From a virus (taxonomy: Duplodnaviria > Caudoviricetes), in IMG/VR virus record IMGVR_UViG_3300044838_000031, positions 197-64,196 of that record: a DNA stretch of 64,000 nucleotides. One strand, 5' to 3'. Every line of letters starts with the position of its first letter. The first letter of the stretch is position 1. Made by a program: the position numbers and the translations under genes. Below are positions 46,801-55,788 of this stretch, one piece after another. Below the pieces are notes generated by a model. It saw only the letters and a list, made by a program, of their open reading frames with translations. It was not told the DNA's origin and ran no database searches.

Positions 46801-47714
46801 GCCTCATTGCCGGCAACGTTCTTTCCTGCGGCGATCTGCTCCTGATAGTACTGAAGGCTGCGAGCGGCCCGATCCATGAAGGCGTTGAAGTCCACGCCCT
46901 CCTTGGCCGCCTCTTTCATGCCCATCTGTAGGCCCATGATGGCGGTGGCGGCGGGCACACCTTTCGCCGAGAGTTGGCCGAGCATGGCGCCGGCCTGCTC
47001 CGCGGTGAGGTGCATGGCTTTGAACAGCTCGCTGTTCGCGGCAAGGTTGGTGGCGAGTTCGGACAGTGGTATGTCGGTGCGCTGCACCGTCTGCGCGAGT
47101 GATGCGAGGACGTCGTTGGCGTTAGCGCCGGTGACGCCCATGTTTTGCAGCGCGCCAGCCATCGCGCCGACGTTGAAGTTGCCCATGCGGTCGCGCAACA
47201 TTTCAACGTTTTTCGCTAGGTCGTCAAGCGGTTTCCCGGCGCCCATCTGCAGCCGAGTCGCCAGCGTCGCCATATCGGAGCCGAGATGTGACGCCGAGGA
47301 ATCCAGCGACCCAACCAATGCGTCGGCGTGGGATTTCAGCTCCTCCAGGGCTTTACCTGATGCGGCGGTGTGCAGGGTGATGTCGCGGTTGATTTTCTCG
47401 AACGTCTCCCCCACCTTCACCCCGAGATCAACCAGCCCGGCGGCGGCGGCGACAGTGATACCACCGGCGAACGCCACCCCCAGAGCTTTACCGTGAGAGG
47501 CCGCCTGCCCCACCATGCCTGCGCTGGACAGCACCCCGGTCATCGATTCGAAGTCAGCGCTACGGAAACCACCGGTGAGACCCCTGGCTAGGTTGCCGCC
47601 GAATGAGACGCCGGCAGCCTCACCGCTTCGCTCGAACTGCTGCTCCAACTCCCGCGCTCCAGCCGCCGCCGACCGCTGATCGATATGTGTGAGGACATCC
47701 AAAATCAAAGGCAT
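43851..47714 (-). CDS. tape measure protein with lytic transglycosylase (SLT) domain
   Basis: 1287 aa Ala/Gly-rich; RESGGNPNAIN...SQGLMQTI...DPVANIAAGIRYI. Confidence 0.92.
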   Translation of the reverse strand: MPLILDVLTHIDQRSAAAGARELEQQFERSGEAAGVSFGGNLARGLTGGFRSADFESMTGVLSSAGMVGQAASHGKALGVAFAGGITVAAAAGLVDLGVKVGETFEKINRDITLHTAASGKALEELKSHADALVGSLDSSASHLGSDMATLATRLQMGAGKPLDDLAKNVEMLRDRMGNFNVGAMAGALQNMGVTGANANDVLASLAQTVQRTDIPLSELATNLAANSELFKAMHLTAEQAGAMLGQLSAKGVPAATAIMGLQMGMKEAAKEGVDFNAFMDRAARSLQYYQEQIAAGKNVAGNEAAAEAVSLGIGGPRKWTDELAAINALQKAKESSYAGDAQYLAQMAKDTATLGNQWEHVKNAIDAALAPPGMSVVDVVAGKMDGLIKFIDAHANDLRQLFETSLTAIGDVVGGLANIGAFLGRHPVLIDAITLAFEAWVGLKAFGFVLTGIESIVTWLGLEATTAVATGATVETASASAGAAVAAAAEVGETAMLGLAATLGTIVADLLLVGTTAAEVLATAGDARGATAGNASDKQKAGQRYQQAHGGQMPPGYQQWLQGEGPMPAGMGPYMQAPGAAAGAPGQPPAGQGTGRFGPGQGPDVGGRAGPGLPGAPVAPGTPDTGGPPGDLLTPGDFDASGKPKKGPRLPEAPQVPYGAGYGAPPGPGESAEQYSREQDILEKRHGIDETTARLNQLEKTNADDADAIQKAKNDQLKAISEYNKAELEQTKKHASDMSDLGAKIDKDFGVSKGLAGIADNLTRFLGNLMMAGPLAALNQMAAGAKATGGSGLIGMAASAAGISSGPGGGGLGGFMSGPFGGGPGSLGAQGGSGAATGSGPGAAAPALAGGGAPGAPAGANLDAWITAAETAAGVDASWTSGLKTLIGRESGGNPNAINLSDSNALAGHPSQGLMQTIPGTFAGNHVPGTSGSITDPVANIAAGIRYIQGRYGGIGGVQQANPNMPPKGYAGGGGPSGTDTVPAWLTPGEEVFSVPQVTAMGGPAGVASFKSSLHMAGGDTVPPGQGEATHIGGGSPDKGEGSGIPGGSGGAGAIYSGFGGGAAALSDPVAGVMSFGASIAAQEAQRAIKYAGQLAGVGAEAFTETFLPTGASKLAQNSWLTRIGGGLMGAQPQIPNMAGKSQNSSPAGVPGMTPPMMTPPQEVSPFGPARGIAPGASAPPAAPGPVTNPSGVPAGPRPGPSSVLGDAAVGPNMAPFQGPSPNSVVGPAGPTPRGFDQGGSVGSGSSGPLVHIEHFHDEGDSNSAGQDIGRHVESSYAAQSTPGRR

Positions 47715-47717
47715 GGG

Positions 47718-48122
47718 CTACACCGCCGCGTCCTGTTGGCGGCTGATGTCGGCCATGGCGAAGATGGATGCCCGCGCGCTGCCGGCTTCCTCCGCGCGTT
47801 CAGCCATGCCGCGCAACAAATGGAGTGGGATGAAGAGGTGCGAACCCCACGTGTCGCCGTCAGCGCCGGGCACCATCCCGGCCCGCAAAACGGCGGTGTC
47901 GCTGGCGGTTTGGAACACCGCCGACGCGAGTTCCGACCATTCGCCTTCGCGTGCGGCGGTTTTGTAGGCGCCGTCAGCATCCATAAACTCGCACAGCTCG
48001 AGCAGCTCGTAAGACAGCATGTCGCCGTAATGCCATTCCGCTATCCGGCGCCGATGGAATCGGGACAGGTCGGATGCGATTTCACGAGGATGCCGGCGCC
48101 ACACTTGTACGGCCTCGAACAC
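47718..48122 (-). CDS. tail assembly chaperone, frameshift extension
   Basis: Open frame VFEAVQVWRRHPREIASDLSRF, reached by a +1 shift at CCCAAAA (48123-48129). Confidence 0.7.
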   Translation of the reverse strand: MFEAVQVWRRHPREIASDLSRFHRRRIAEWHYGDMLSYELLELCEFMDADGAYKTAAREGEWSELASAVFQTASDTAVLRAGMVPGADGDTWGSHLFIPLHLLRGMAERAEEAGSARASIFAMADISRQQDAAV

Positions 48123-48633
48123 TTTTGGGATCGGCGGTCTCCCGTTCGGCCAACTCCAATCCCTGCTCATTCCAGATGGCCCACACGTCGGCCGCCGATT
48201 TACCGGCCGCCTTGAGTTTCTTGTAGGTTTCCTCGCCGAGGCACGCTTGGCACACTTTGACCGACCAGGGCGGCTTAACGAGTTCGGTGGTGCCGTCGTC
48301 GTGTTTGATGCGGTAGGGGGTTTTGAGGATGCCGCGCCTGGTTTCGGCGGGCAAAACGATGCCGTTCTCCAACTTCTGTTCGGGGATGAGGATGTCCGGC
48401 TCGCGGTCATAAATCTCCTCCGCTTCAAACAGCAGGTCTTCGTAGGCGTCGAGGTTGTCGTCGTCGAGGAGCCGCAGGTTGGGGTGCGGCGGGATCTCGA
48501 TGTCTTCGGTGGTTTCGTCCGGATAGTTGAGGGTCATGGTGGTGGGGGCGAACATGGAGTGGTAGGCGGTGGCCTGCTCTTTGGCTTTGCGGGGGCCGTC
48601 TCCTGCGGGGGGTGCCGGCTGGCGGGTAGACAT
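48082..48633 (-). CDS. tail assembly chaperone
   Basis: Between major tail and tape measure; GAGAGG RBS. Confidence 0.8.
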   Translation of the reverse strand: MSTRQPAPPAGDGPRKAKEQATAYHSMFAPTTMTLNYPDETTEDIEIPPHPNLRLLDDDNLDAYEDLLFEAEEIYDREPDILIPEQKLENGIVLPAETRRGILKTPYRIKHDDGTTELVKPPWSVKVCQACLGEETYKKLKAAGKSAADVWAIWNEQGLELAERETADPKSVRGRTSVAPASS

Positions 48634-48677
48634 GGGTGTTTCCTCTCGATTTGTGAAGTGTCGGCTTAAAGGTGTGG

Positions 48678-48714
48678 GCCCGGGCGGGCGCCAGCCGACG
48701 AACCCCGCCCGGGC
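48678..48714. promoter_or_regulatory. GC-rich stem-loop upstream of the tail chaperone
   Basis: 11-bp perfect stem GCCCGGGCGGG/CCCGCCCGGGC. Confidence 0.5.
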
Positions 48715-48732
48715 AGTTCTCGGTTATTCCGC

Positions 48733-49017
48733 TTAGTCAGGCCAGCGCCCGTGAAGCCGTCGGCCGTCATCACTGACGTTGCCGTCCAATAGCCAGATGA
48801 CACGTTGCCCGTCGCTCTCGTAGATCACCCGAGCACCTTTCAGGCAGTTCACGTGATGCGTCAGAGGCCGTGGCCAATGTGCTCCGCATGACGACGCCGT
48901 TGACCAATCCACTGTGAAACCTGGTGGCGGGTCAGCGAGAAGTTTGCGGCTGAACCAAAGAACGCTCATCTCCGCAGCCGACGGATCCTTGACGAGCAGG
49001 TAACGCCGCTTGCCCAT
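48733..49017 (-). CDS. hypothetical protein inserted after major tail gene
   Basis: 94 aa, starts immediately after the tail stop. Confidence 0.55.
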   Translation of the reverse strand: MGKRRYLLVKDPSAAEMSVLWFSRKLLADPPPGFTVDWSTASSCGAHWPRPLTHHVNCLKGARVIYESDGQRVIWLLDGNVSDDGRRLHGRWPD

Positions 49018-50139
49018 TTAGGTTGTGGTGACGATGGAGTTGGAGTACTGCGACGTCGCCGAACCCCCGTTAGTGCCGGTCGCGATCATCTGGAAACGCA
49101 CCGTCCCCGCCGCAATCCCCGAGGACAGCAGGAACGTGGTGTTCCCGCCCGACGGGGTGATCGACGTCGGTGTGATCGTCGTCCACAATGTGGGCCACAC
49201 CCCCGCCACCGCGATCTGATATTGGAACGTGTACGTGATCGACGCGCCACCACCAACCGGGGTAGCAGCAACCACCGACGCGCCCGCTGTGGAGACCGGG
49301 GTGGCGACAGGCGGGTTCCCAATCCACACCGGCACCCCACCGACCTGCGTCCACCCTGGCCCGGCGATCCACTCCGAATACAGCGCCGGAACCAACACCT
49401 GCGACGCCGGGTTGGTCGGATCAATGTCAACGTGGAACGGGTCCGGCAACACAGAGAACCCCAGGTTCGGGGAGTCGGATGCCGACTTGTCGCGCTTGTA
49501 GTTACCGATATCGTCGAGGCGGACCAGCGGATAGCCTTCGGCGGTGTAAATGTAGGCGCCCTGATGTAGGCGGGCGAACACCAGGATCAGCTGGTAGTCG
49601 GCGTCCAAAGTGGTGGTGGGGCGTGAAATCACGTACGGCGCCCCAGGATTCTCCACTATGTTGTTGCCGTTGTTGTCGGCGAGCGGCAGGTTCATCCGCA
49701 GCCGGCGCAGCAGCGGGGACAGCATTTGCACACCGTTGAACTGGATGGCCATCGCCATCCCGGTCAAATCGGAGTCGAACGGGAAAATCGACTGTAAGAC
49801 CATGGCGTCGTCGTGTTTCACCCCGGGTCGGCGTTCTGGGCCGCCTTTGTCTTCGAACGCGCCGATCAACCAGAAGCCCTGGTTGACGTTGGGGTTCACC
49901 GTCCAGACGCCGTTGGTCAGCACGTAGGAGAACAGGTCGGCGCGAAGGTTGCCGTCCGCGGCGAACGGCGACCAGTTATACACCGGCGGCGTTCCCGGCG
50001 CGTAGGGGGCGATGGAGGTGGCCAGGCCGCGGTTATCGCGGATCAGCGCCGCCGCCAACCCGCCCCTCGCGAAATAACGGTTATCAGTCGACTGGTAGCC
50101 GCCGGCCTGCATCGTGGTGCCGGTAGTTGGTTGAGTCAT
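49018..50139 (-). CDS. major tail protein with C-terminal beta-sandwich extension
   Basis: 373 aa; position after terminator; Thr-rich Ig/FN3-like tail. Confidence 0.8.
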   Translation of the reverse strand: MTQPTTGTTMQAGGYQSTDNRYFARGGLAAALIRDNRGLATSIAPYAPGTPPVYNWSPFAADGNLRADLFSYVLTNGVWTVNPNVNQGFWLIGAFEDKGGPERRPGVKHDDAMVLQSIFPFDSDLTGMAMAIQFNGVQMLSPLLRRLRMNLPLADNNGNNIVENPGAPYVISRPTTTLDADYQLILVFARLHQGAYIYTAEGYPLVRLDDIGNYKRDKSASDSPNLGFSVLPDPFHVDIDPTNPASQVLVPALYSEWIAGPGWTQVGGVPVWIGNPPVATPVSTAGASVVAATPVGGGASITYTFQYQIAVAGVWPTLWTTITPTSITPSGGNTTFLLSSGIAAGTVRFQMIATGTNGGSATSQYSNSIVTTT

Positions 50140-50160
50140 TTCTAGCCTTCCATCTTGGAA

Positions 50161-50598
50161 TTAACCGGGTGTGACGCTGACCGGGTTGTAGGAGACGCCG
50201 ATCTGATATCGGCCGACATAACGGATGACCGTCGTCATCCCGAACGGCAACCTTTGTTGGCCCTCAATGACCTTCACGTAGTCGGCGCCGAACACCCTGC
50301 CGCTCAACGGAACCGGGGGCAGATACCGCCCGAGTTCGAGCATCCGCTGGTGGGTGATGTTTTTTTCGTTACGCGCGTTTATGTAGCCCAACGCTTTATC
50401 GCACAGGGTGTCGACCTGCACGATCGGGTCGCCGAACCCCACCTCAATGTCTTCGGTTCCGGTGAGGTGGGTGATCAGGGTGAACGGGGTGCCGTCGCCG
50501 GTCTCCCACACCCACGACGACCGCCGGATCGGCCGAAACCATTCCACCAACGCTGTTTCGATGTCGTCCGGGCCGACAGGAAGCAGCAGCTCAGTCAT
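50161..50598 (-). CDS. tail terminator
   Basis: PDDIETALVEWFRP...IVQVDTL...RYVGRYQI. Confidence 0.75.
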   Translation of the reverse strand: MTELLLPVGPDDIETALVEWFRPIRRSSWVWETGDGTPFTLITHLTGTEDIEVGFGDPIVQVDTLCDKALGYINARNEKNITHQRMLELGRYLPPVPLSGRVFGADYVKVIEGQQRLPFGMTTVIRYVGRYQIGVSYNPVSVTPG

Positions 50599-50942
50599 CA
50601 GATGTGGATGTCCTTGGCGGCGATGCTGTCGATGAACGCCTTCGTCGACGTCAGGGTGTGGTGCGGCGGGGTGTCGTGGGTGCCGTACTCGATGGACACG
50701 GCGCCGGGGTCGTCGTTGCGTATCTGCGACATCGGCAGATCACCTTCACGGCGGGGCGCGTAATCCCGTACGCTCCAATACTTTTGGAAGTCGCCGGCGT
50801 GCGCATCGTCCCCGATGGGGGAGATGGATTGGGCGTAGTTGAGGCCTGCTTCGGCGAGGTCGTGTGTTTCTTTGGCGATGCGCTGCACATGGTCGGTGCG
50901 CACCATTTCCGCGATGAGTTCACCGACCGTGAAACTAGCCAT
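50598..50942 (-). CDS. HK97 gp10-like tail completion protein
   Basis: AQSISP...GDFQK...IEYGTHDTPPH. Confidence 0.75.
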   Translation of the reverse strand: MASFTVGELIAEMVRTDHVQRIAKETHDLAEAGLNYAQSISPIGDDAHAGDFQKYWSVRDYAPRREGDLPMSQIRNDDPGAVSIEYGTHDTPPHHTLTSTKAFIDSIAAKDIHI

Positions 50943-51180
50943 CGCCGCCCTCCTCGATTAAGGCTGCGGCTGCGGCGCGGTGGGGCTTGGCCTTGCTTTT
51001 GAACTCCTCGGGGGCCAGCTCATCCGGTACCGGCCCGGTGACCAACGGCTGCACCGCATCCCCCAACGCGGCGGCGGCGTCTTCGGGGATCTCGGCTATG
51101 ACGCCGCCCTCCATGTGCTGCACTGCAGCACCGAAAGCGTTGACGTACGCGCAGGGCTCTTTCACAAGATATTGCGGCAT
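50935..51180 (-). CDS. hypothetical structural protein
   Basis: 81 aa; AAAGGG RBS. Confidence 0.6.
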   Translation of the reverse strand: MPQYLVKEPCAYVNAFGAAVQHMEGGVIAEIPEDAAAALGDAVQPLVTGPVPDELAPEEFKSKAKPHRAAAAALIEEGGDG

Positions 51181-51195
51181 AACAGGTTCCCTTTT

Positions 51196-51594
51196 TTAGG
51201 CGACGGGGGATTGGCGTTCCGACAGAAACGACACCTTGACGACGTTCCCGCTGATGTCTTCGAACGGGCGTGCGTCCCCGAGGATGCGGTAAACAACACC
51301 GTTGACGGTGATGTTGTCGGACGCCTTCGCGGCCAAAGCGGCCGGCCACGCCGGACAGGTGGACTGCCACCAGTCGGTGGTGATACCCACCCCTTCTTCG
51401 GGGTATTCGGAGCGGGCGAAACGCGCACTGCGGCTGGTGTTACGGAACGGGCGGTGCCGGCATCCCGGCACCACACTCGGTGTCCCCTTCAACGGGGTGA
51501 AGGTGCCCGATTCGTCGGGGAACACCTGGGCCGGGTCGGGGTTGAATGAGGTGAACGTGATGGTGTCCCCGCCGAACGACAGACTGGCCGTCAT
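51196..51594 (-). CDS. head-to-tail stopper
   Basis: VPGCRHRP...ITVNGVVYRILG; position. Confidence 0.75.
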   Translation of the reverse strand: MTASLSFGGDTITFTSFNPDPAQVFPDESGTFTPLKGTPSVVPGCRHRPFRNTSRSARFARSEYPEEGVGITTDWWQSTCPAWPAALAAKASDNITVNGVVYRILGDARPFEDISGNVVKVSFLSERQSPVA

Positions 51595-51598
51595 GTCA

Positions 51599-52198
51599 TT
51601 AGACCCATTTGTAGAGGATCCGGTAGTGGGCCAGTATGTTTTCGATGGACGCCAAACCCTGGGTAGCACCCCATGCATAAATGACGTCGTCAATTTGTTT
51701 GGATTCCAGTTCGGAGTCGGGGCGGCCGGCGGCGACGATCTGCGAAATGTTGACCACCAGCGCGAGGATGGCTTGGCGCCAGTCGTCGGCGGTGGAACCC
51801 GTGAACCCGGTGATCGCCTTAGCTGCCGCGGTGTTTTCGGGGAATCCGTGATCCATGGTGACCACGACCCCGTTGTATTGGTTGGAGAACACGCCAACGT
51901 TTTTGATCAGCAGATTCGGGGTTTCGCAGTCCAGGGTTACATCCGTGGTGGGGTTCAGCGCTACCCCGTCATTGGTGATGGCGTCGATGTTGATGACTTG
52001 TTTTGTTGGTAGCCGTAGCCGGTTGGTGCCGGTCCCGTTCAACGTGATCACGTCAGTGGCGACGGGTGATACGTGCCAGCGGACGTCGCGGCGGGCGGTG
52101 GACAGCGCGGCGTCCAGCATGCGTTGCGTCTCCGGGGCGGCCGCCGACAGCCTGCCCCCAGTGAACTGCTCCACATCCGACGGCGCTAGTTCCGGCAT
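51599..52198 (-). CDS. head-to-tail adaptor
   Basis: LDAALSTARR...WHVSP...LRLPT...MDHGF...LAHYRI. Confidence 0.8.
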   Translation of the reverse strand: MPELAPSDVEQFTGGRLSAAAPETQRMLDAALSTARRDVRWHVSPVATDVITLNGTGTNRLRLPTKQVINIDAITNDGVALNPTTDVTLDCETPNLLIKNVGVFSNQYNGVVVTMDHGFPENTAAAKAITGFTGSTADDWRQAILALVVNISQIVAAGRPDSELESKQIDDVIYAWGATQGLASIENILAHYRILYKWV

Positions 52199-52216
52199 CA
52201 GGACACCACCCAGTGC

Positions 52217-53710
52217 CTACACATAAGCGGTCAAAAGCTCTGCGTACCAGGCGTTGTCGGACGGGTAGTAGGTGAGACGGACTTTGTCGACGGCGTTGTT
52301 GGCGGTGGATAGGGTGTGGGCGCCGCCAGCCCATTTCACGTTGGACGGCCAAGTGATAGTTCCGGCGGCACCCGAAGACGGTTGATGCCACAGTAATTCC
52401 AGCTTGCGTGCTCGAAGGACACCGCCCGGGTCTATAGCGGCGATGGTGCTGGCCCCGTTGTGCAGCACCCACTCCTGCACATCCCCGAATTGTGCGAAAA
52501 TGCTCCCGCCAGTGAAAAAAGCGTTCGTGTTACTGCCGTAGACAGCCCACTGTGTACCACCATGAAATGCGGCGGCATCACCGAACGCCATGTTCCCCAA
52601 CACCGCATCGCTGACGTAGCCGGAGAAGCCGAACAGGCTCCCTGGTGTGATCGCTGCACCCTGGAAAAGGGGACTGGCGAACACCATCACGCCGGTACCG
52701 GTGAGCTGGCAGTTGGGTAGGGAGCTGCCCATCACCAAGGTCTTGTGGCCGACACCGGAATTGTCCGCCTCCACCACGATGTCGTACTCGCCGTTTTGGA
52801 TGCTGCTTGTGCCCGACGTGTTGCCGGGGTCCAGTGCGAGCACCCACCCGGAGTTGCTGACCCCGGCTGCGAAGTTCCCTCGCATCGCCAGCCTGCAACC
52901 GAAAAGCGCGGCGCCGTTTTGTAGGGTCACGCCGGACTGGTTGAAATTGGATTCGATGAGGAACTCGTACGTCGAGTAGTCGAACGAGCCGTTGTTGAAA
53001 ACGACCCCGGTGGTGTTGAGATATGAGGTGATGCCGGTGAAGTTATTCCGCTCACAACTGTAGGACCCATTGTTGTTAAAATAGAGGCCAATTGAGCCGG
53101 TCTTATTGAAATTCTGCAAGCAGAGATCGCGTCCGAAAGAATTGTACAGCGAGCCCATCTGCAAACCGATGGCACCCGCGGCTGCTGCGCTGCCGTCGAT
53201 GCTGAAACCCTCGAAACCGCACGGGCTGTCCGCAGCGGTGACGGCAACGGTATTAACAGCCGAGACGCACGGACCCGTGCCGGTGTAGTTGAGGATGGTG
53301 TTGCTCTTGCCGTCCCCGCGTAGGCGTCCAAGCTGGTTGAACGTCAGCGTGCTAGAGATCTTGTAATTACCGGATGGCGCATACACCCAGCCGCCGGTCG
53401 ACGAGAGCGCGGCGATGGCAGCGGTGAACGCGGAAGTGCTGTCAGCTACCCCGGTTGGATCGGCACGATAAGCGGGGTCCAGGGCGTTGATCCAGGCGGG
53501 GCGTGCGTTGGTGTAGGCCACCGCCTCAACGGTCAGGCTTGATGTTGCCGGGATCTGAAAACTGAAGGCGGAGTTGACTTCTAGAGTCTGCAACGCCCTT
53601 GCTTTGGTGGATGCCGGCAGCACTTCGTTGTTTTGGGTGACCTCAGAAACGCCGCCGTAGGTTGGGGAGAGAATCCCCTGGACCTGATCGGGCAGATTGA
53701 TGTGCGCCAT
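52217..53710 (-). CDS. pectate-lyase-like beta-helix protein (depolymerase/spike)
   Basis: ADPTGVADSTSAFTAAI...VYAPSGNYKISSTL...LRGDG; C-terminal ITWPSNVKWAGG fibre domain. Confidence 0.8.
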   Translation of the reverse strand: MAHINLPDQVQGILSPTYGGVSEVTQNNEVLPASTKARALQTLEVNSAFSFQIPATSSLTVEAVAYTNARPAWINALDPAYRADPTGVADSTSAFTAAIAALSSTGGWVYAPSGNYKISSTLTFNQLGRLRGDGKSNTILNYTGTGPCVSAVNTVAVTAADSPCGFEGFSIDGSAAAAGAIGLQMGSLYNSFGRDLCLQNFNKTGSIGLYFNNNGSYSCERNNFTGITSYLNTTGVVFNNGSFDYSTYEFLIESNFNQSGVTLQNGAALFGCRLAMRGNFAAGVSNSGWVLALDPGNTSGTSSIQNGEYDIVVEADNSGVGHKTLVMGSSLPNCQLTGTGVMVFASPLFQGAAITPGSLFGFSGYVSDAVLGNMAFGDAAAFHGGTQWAVYGSNTNAFFTGGSIFAQFGDVQEWVLHNGASTIAAIDPGGVLRARKLELLWHQPSSGAAGTITWPSNVKWAGGAHTLSTANNAVDKVRLTYYPSDNAWYAELLTAYV

Positions 53711-54351
53711 CAGGACCAGTTGCCTAGAGCGACGGCGGTGTTGGTGCCGAACGGGGTGAACACAATGTAAGAGTTCGATAGCATTGTTTGCACGCCGCCC
53801 GGCGCGACGGAGAGTTGGACCTGCGGAATCAAGGTTCCGCCCGCGTTGATACGGACAACGCCGGTCAACGAAATCGACACGTTCTCTGTCACCGACGTCG
53901 ACGCCGCGGTCACCACGAACGCCGTCCCCAGCGTGGTGGTGTATCCGGCGGATGCTGCGCCGACCGCGTTAGATGTGTTCGAAATCGCCTGAGCGACAAG
54001 CTGACCGGATGTGAGGCTGGCTGTCCCCCCGAACAGCACAGCCCAGGTGTGGCTGGTGGTGCCGGTATTGGTGATCAGATAGTTCGCTTCGAAAAGCCAA
54101 CTACTGGACGCGGGCAGGGTGATAGCGCCGTTAGGGGTGGCGTTAAATGCTTTCTGCACTGCGGTCCCGTTTGTGAGCGTGTAGTTCGATGAGAGAGCGC
54201 AGAGCAGCATTTCTTGGATCGGCCACACATTGCCTGCACTATCCACCCGGGTCAGTCGCGGCAGGGTGGCGTTAGCCATGTAGATGCCGTCTTTACCCGA
54301 CGCGGGCGTGGACGGCTGCGCAACCTCATTGAGGATCAGTTCGCCTGCCAT
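53710..54351 (-). CDS. structural fibre-tip-like protein
   Basis: Similar to the C-terminus of the 30765-32084 product; both end GNWS. Confidence 0.65.
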   Translation of the reverse strand: MAGELILNEVAQPSTPASGKDGIYMANATLPRLTRVDSAGNVWPIQEMLLCALSSNYTLTNGTAVQKAFNATPNGAITLPASSSWLFEANYLITNTGTTSHTWAVLFGGTASLTSGQLVAQAISNTSNAVGAASAGYTTTLGTAFVVTAASTSVTENVSISLTGVVRINAGGTLIPQVQLSVAPGGVQTMLSNSYIVFTPFGTNTAVALGNWS

Positions 54352-54364
54352 GTATTTTCCCTTA

Positions 54365-55150
54365 TCAGTACCAGTAGGTGGCCAGCAGCACGCCCGCTAG
54401 CGGTGCTGTGACGAACGTTATTGTTGCGCCGGCGATGGTGTATTCCACACCGCCTGCGGTTTGCTCTAATCCGTTGTAGGCCAACACTTCTGTGCCCGAT
54501 ACGGGGGTGTGCGATAACAGGAATGTGAGGTTCGAGCCGTTGACACTGCCGGAGGGTGTTTCCCTGCCAAATGTTGCGTCGGCAAGCGCAGAGCCGGTGC
54601 TTTTCACCATGCCCGCGCCCGGTACAGCCGCCACACCGAGCAGGACTTGCGCGGCCGCCTCGTTTACCGCCCCCAGCAGCTCCACCCCAAACGCGGTGAT
54701 CCCCGCCGGCAAGCTAAATGTGGGGACGACACCGCCGTAGGCGTACCGGGTTAACGACGGACCCGTCAAACTCACCGGGGTTGCGGTGGTAGGCGCAGGG
54801 AACGAGAAATTTTCGATCTGGTAGCCCAAAGACACCTGCGTGAAGTTGACGTCATACCACAGTTGCGTGATACCGGCGGCCGCCAACGCCGGACCCAGCA
54901 CGGTGGGATCGTTGGCCAGCAAAGCCCCGGTCACCACCCCGTTGACGGAGACGAATGGCTGCGGGGGAAACGCCAGCGCAGTATCCGCCCCAATCCCGCC
55001 GCCGGTATCCAAATTACTGATCAGCGCGGTGAAACCGGCCGGCAACCTGGGGGTGCATACCACAGTGGCGTTGAACGGCAGCTCCGACCCGTTCACGGCG
55101 GTGGTGCCGAGAAACCCGCTGACGGGGAAAAATGTCAGCTCAGCTGCCAT
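54365..55150 (-). CDS. minor structural protein
   Basis: C-terminal RETPSG...ATYWY domain paralogous to the tail fibre C-terminus. Confidence 0.65.
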   Translation of the reverse strand: MAAELTFFPVSGFLGTTAVNGSELPFNATVVCTPRLPAGFTALISNLDTGGGIGADTALAFPPQPFVSVNGVVTGALLANDPTVLGPALAAAGITQLWYDVNFTQVSLGYQIENFSFPAPTTATPVSLTGPSLTRYAYGGVVPTFSLPAGITAFGVELLGAVNEAAAQVLLGVAAVPGAGMVKSTGSALADATFGRETPSGSVNGSNLTFLLSHTPVSGTEVLAYNGLEQTAGGVEYTIAGATITFVTAPLAGVLLATYWY

Positions 55151-55203
55151 CCGCTATTCCCCAATCACTATGTAGTTTTAGACAGACCAGTCGTCGGCGA
55201 AGG

Positions 55204-55443
55204 CTAGTCGTCGGCTAGCCGGCCGCCTTCGCCGCGAAGCCACGGATACGTGAAACGGCCCGCCGACGGCAAATCAGCACCGACGCCCGCGTCGTCACCG
55301 TCATCGTCGGGCAGTTGCGTGCTGAAACCCTCCGCGACCTGCGCCTCATGATCACTGGCAAGATCACCCGCAGTTGGATCACCGAAACCGTAGCTGCCGC
55401 CGGTGTAGCTGCCGTCGCGGCCCACGTCGAACGGGGAGCTCAT
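55204..55443 (-). CDS. small acidic protein, paralog 2
   Basis: MSSPFDVGRDGS...GDLAS..EAQVAEGFS. Confidence 0.6.
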   Translation of the reverse strand: MSSPFDVGRDGSYTGGSYGFGDPTAGDLASDHEAQVAEGFSTQLPDDDGDDAGVGADLPSAGRFTYPWLRGEGGRLADD

Positions 55444-55622
55444 GGCTTGTGCTCCGGGTCGCGGTAGTCCTTCTCGGACAGGTTGTCGCGCGTCCAGGAG
55501 AATCCCTCAGCGGCCTGCGCCTCAACCCCGCTGTTGAGGTCGCCCGGGACTGGGACGCCGAACATGTCACTGGAAGGGCCGGCGCTGGAATCGCGGCCCG
55601 CATTGAATGGTGAACTCATCAT
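55440..55622 (-). CDS. small acidic protein, paralog 1
   Basis: MSSPFNAGRDSS...GDLNS..EAQAAEGFS; AAGGAG RBS. Confidence 0.6.
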   Translation of the reverse strand: MMSSPFNAGRDSSAGPSSDMFGVPVPGDLNSGVEAQAAEGFSWTRDNLSEKDYRDPEHKP

Positions 55623-55631
55623 GTGCTCCTT

Positions 55632-55778
55632 CTAGACGGGATACGGTGCGGGACTATCGGTCAGGCTGTAAAACGGGTCATGCACCTGATCGAAATTGAT
55701 CTGTCGATCGACGGGCCCCCCGCGTTCGGTCGTGTAGGTTTCCTCGCCGAGATCATCGTGCGTGAACGGAACAGTCAT
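55632..55778 (-). CDS. small acidic protein (48 aa)
   Basis: GAAAGGAAG RBS; MTVPFTHDDLGEETY... Confidence 0.5.
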   Translation of the reverse strand: MTVPFTHDDLGEETYTTERGGPVDRQINFDQVHDPFYSLTDSPAPYPV

Positions 55779-55788
55779 GGTCTTCCTT

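Noticed and set aside
30765-55150. Diversity-generating retroelement behind the duplicated fibre domains
   Set aside because: No reverse transcriptase, and the similarity is protein-level rather than near-identical DNA with adenine-specific differences.
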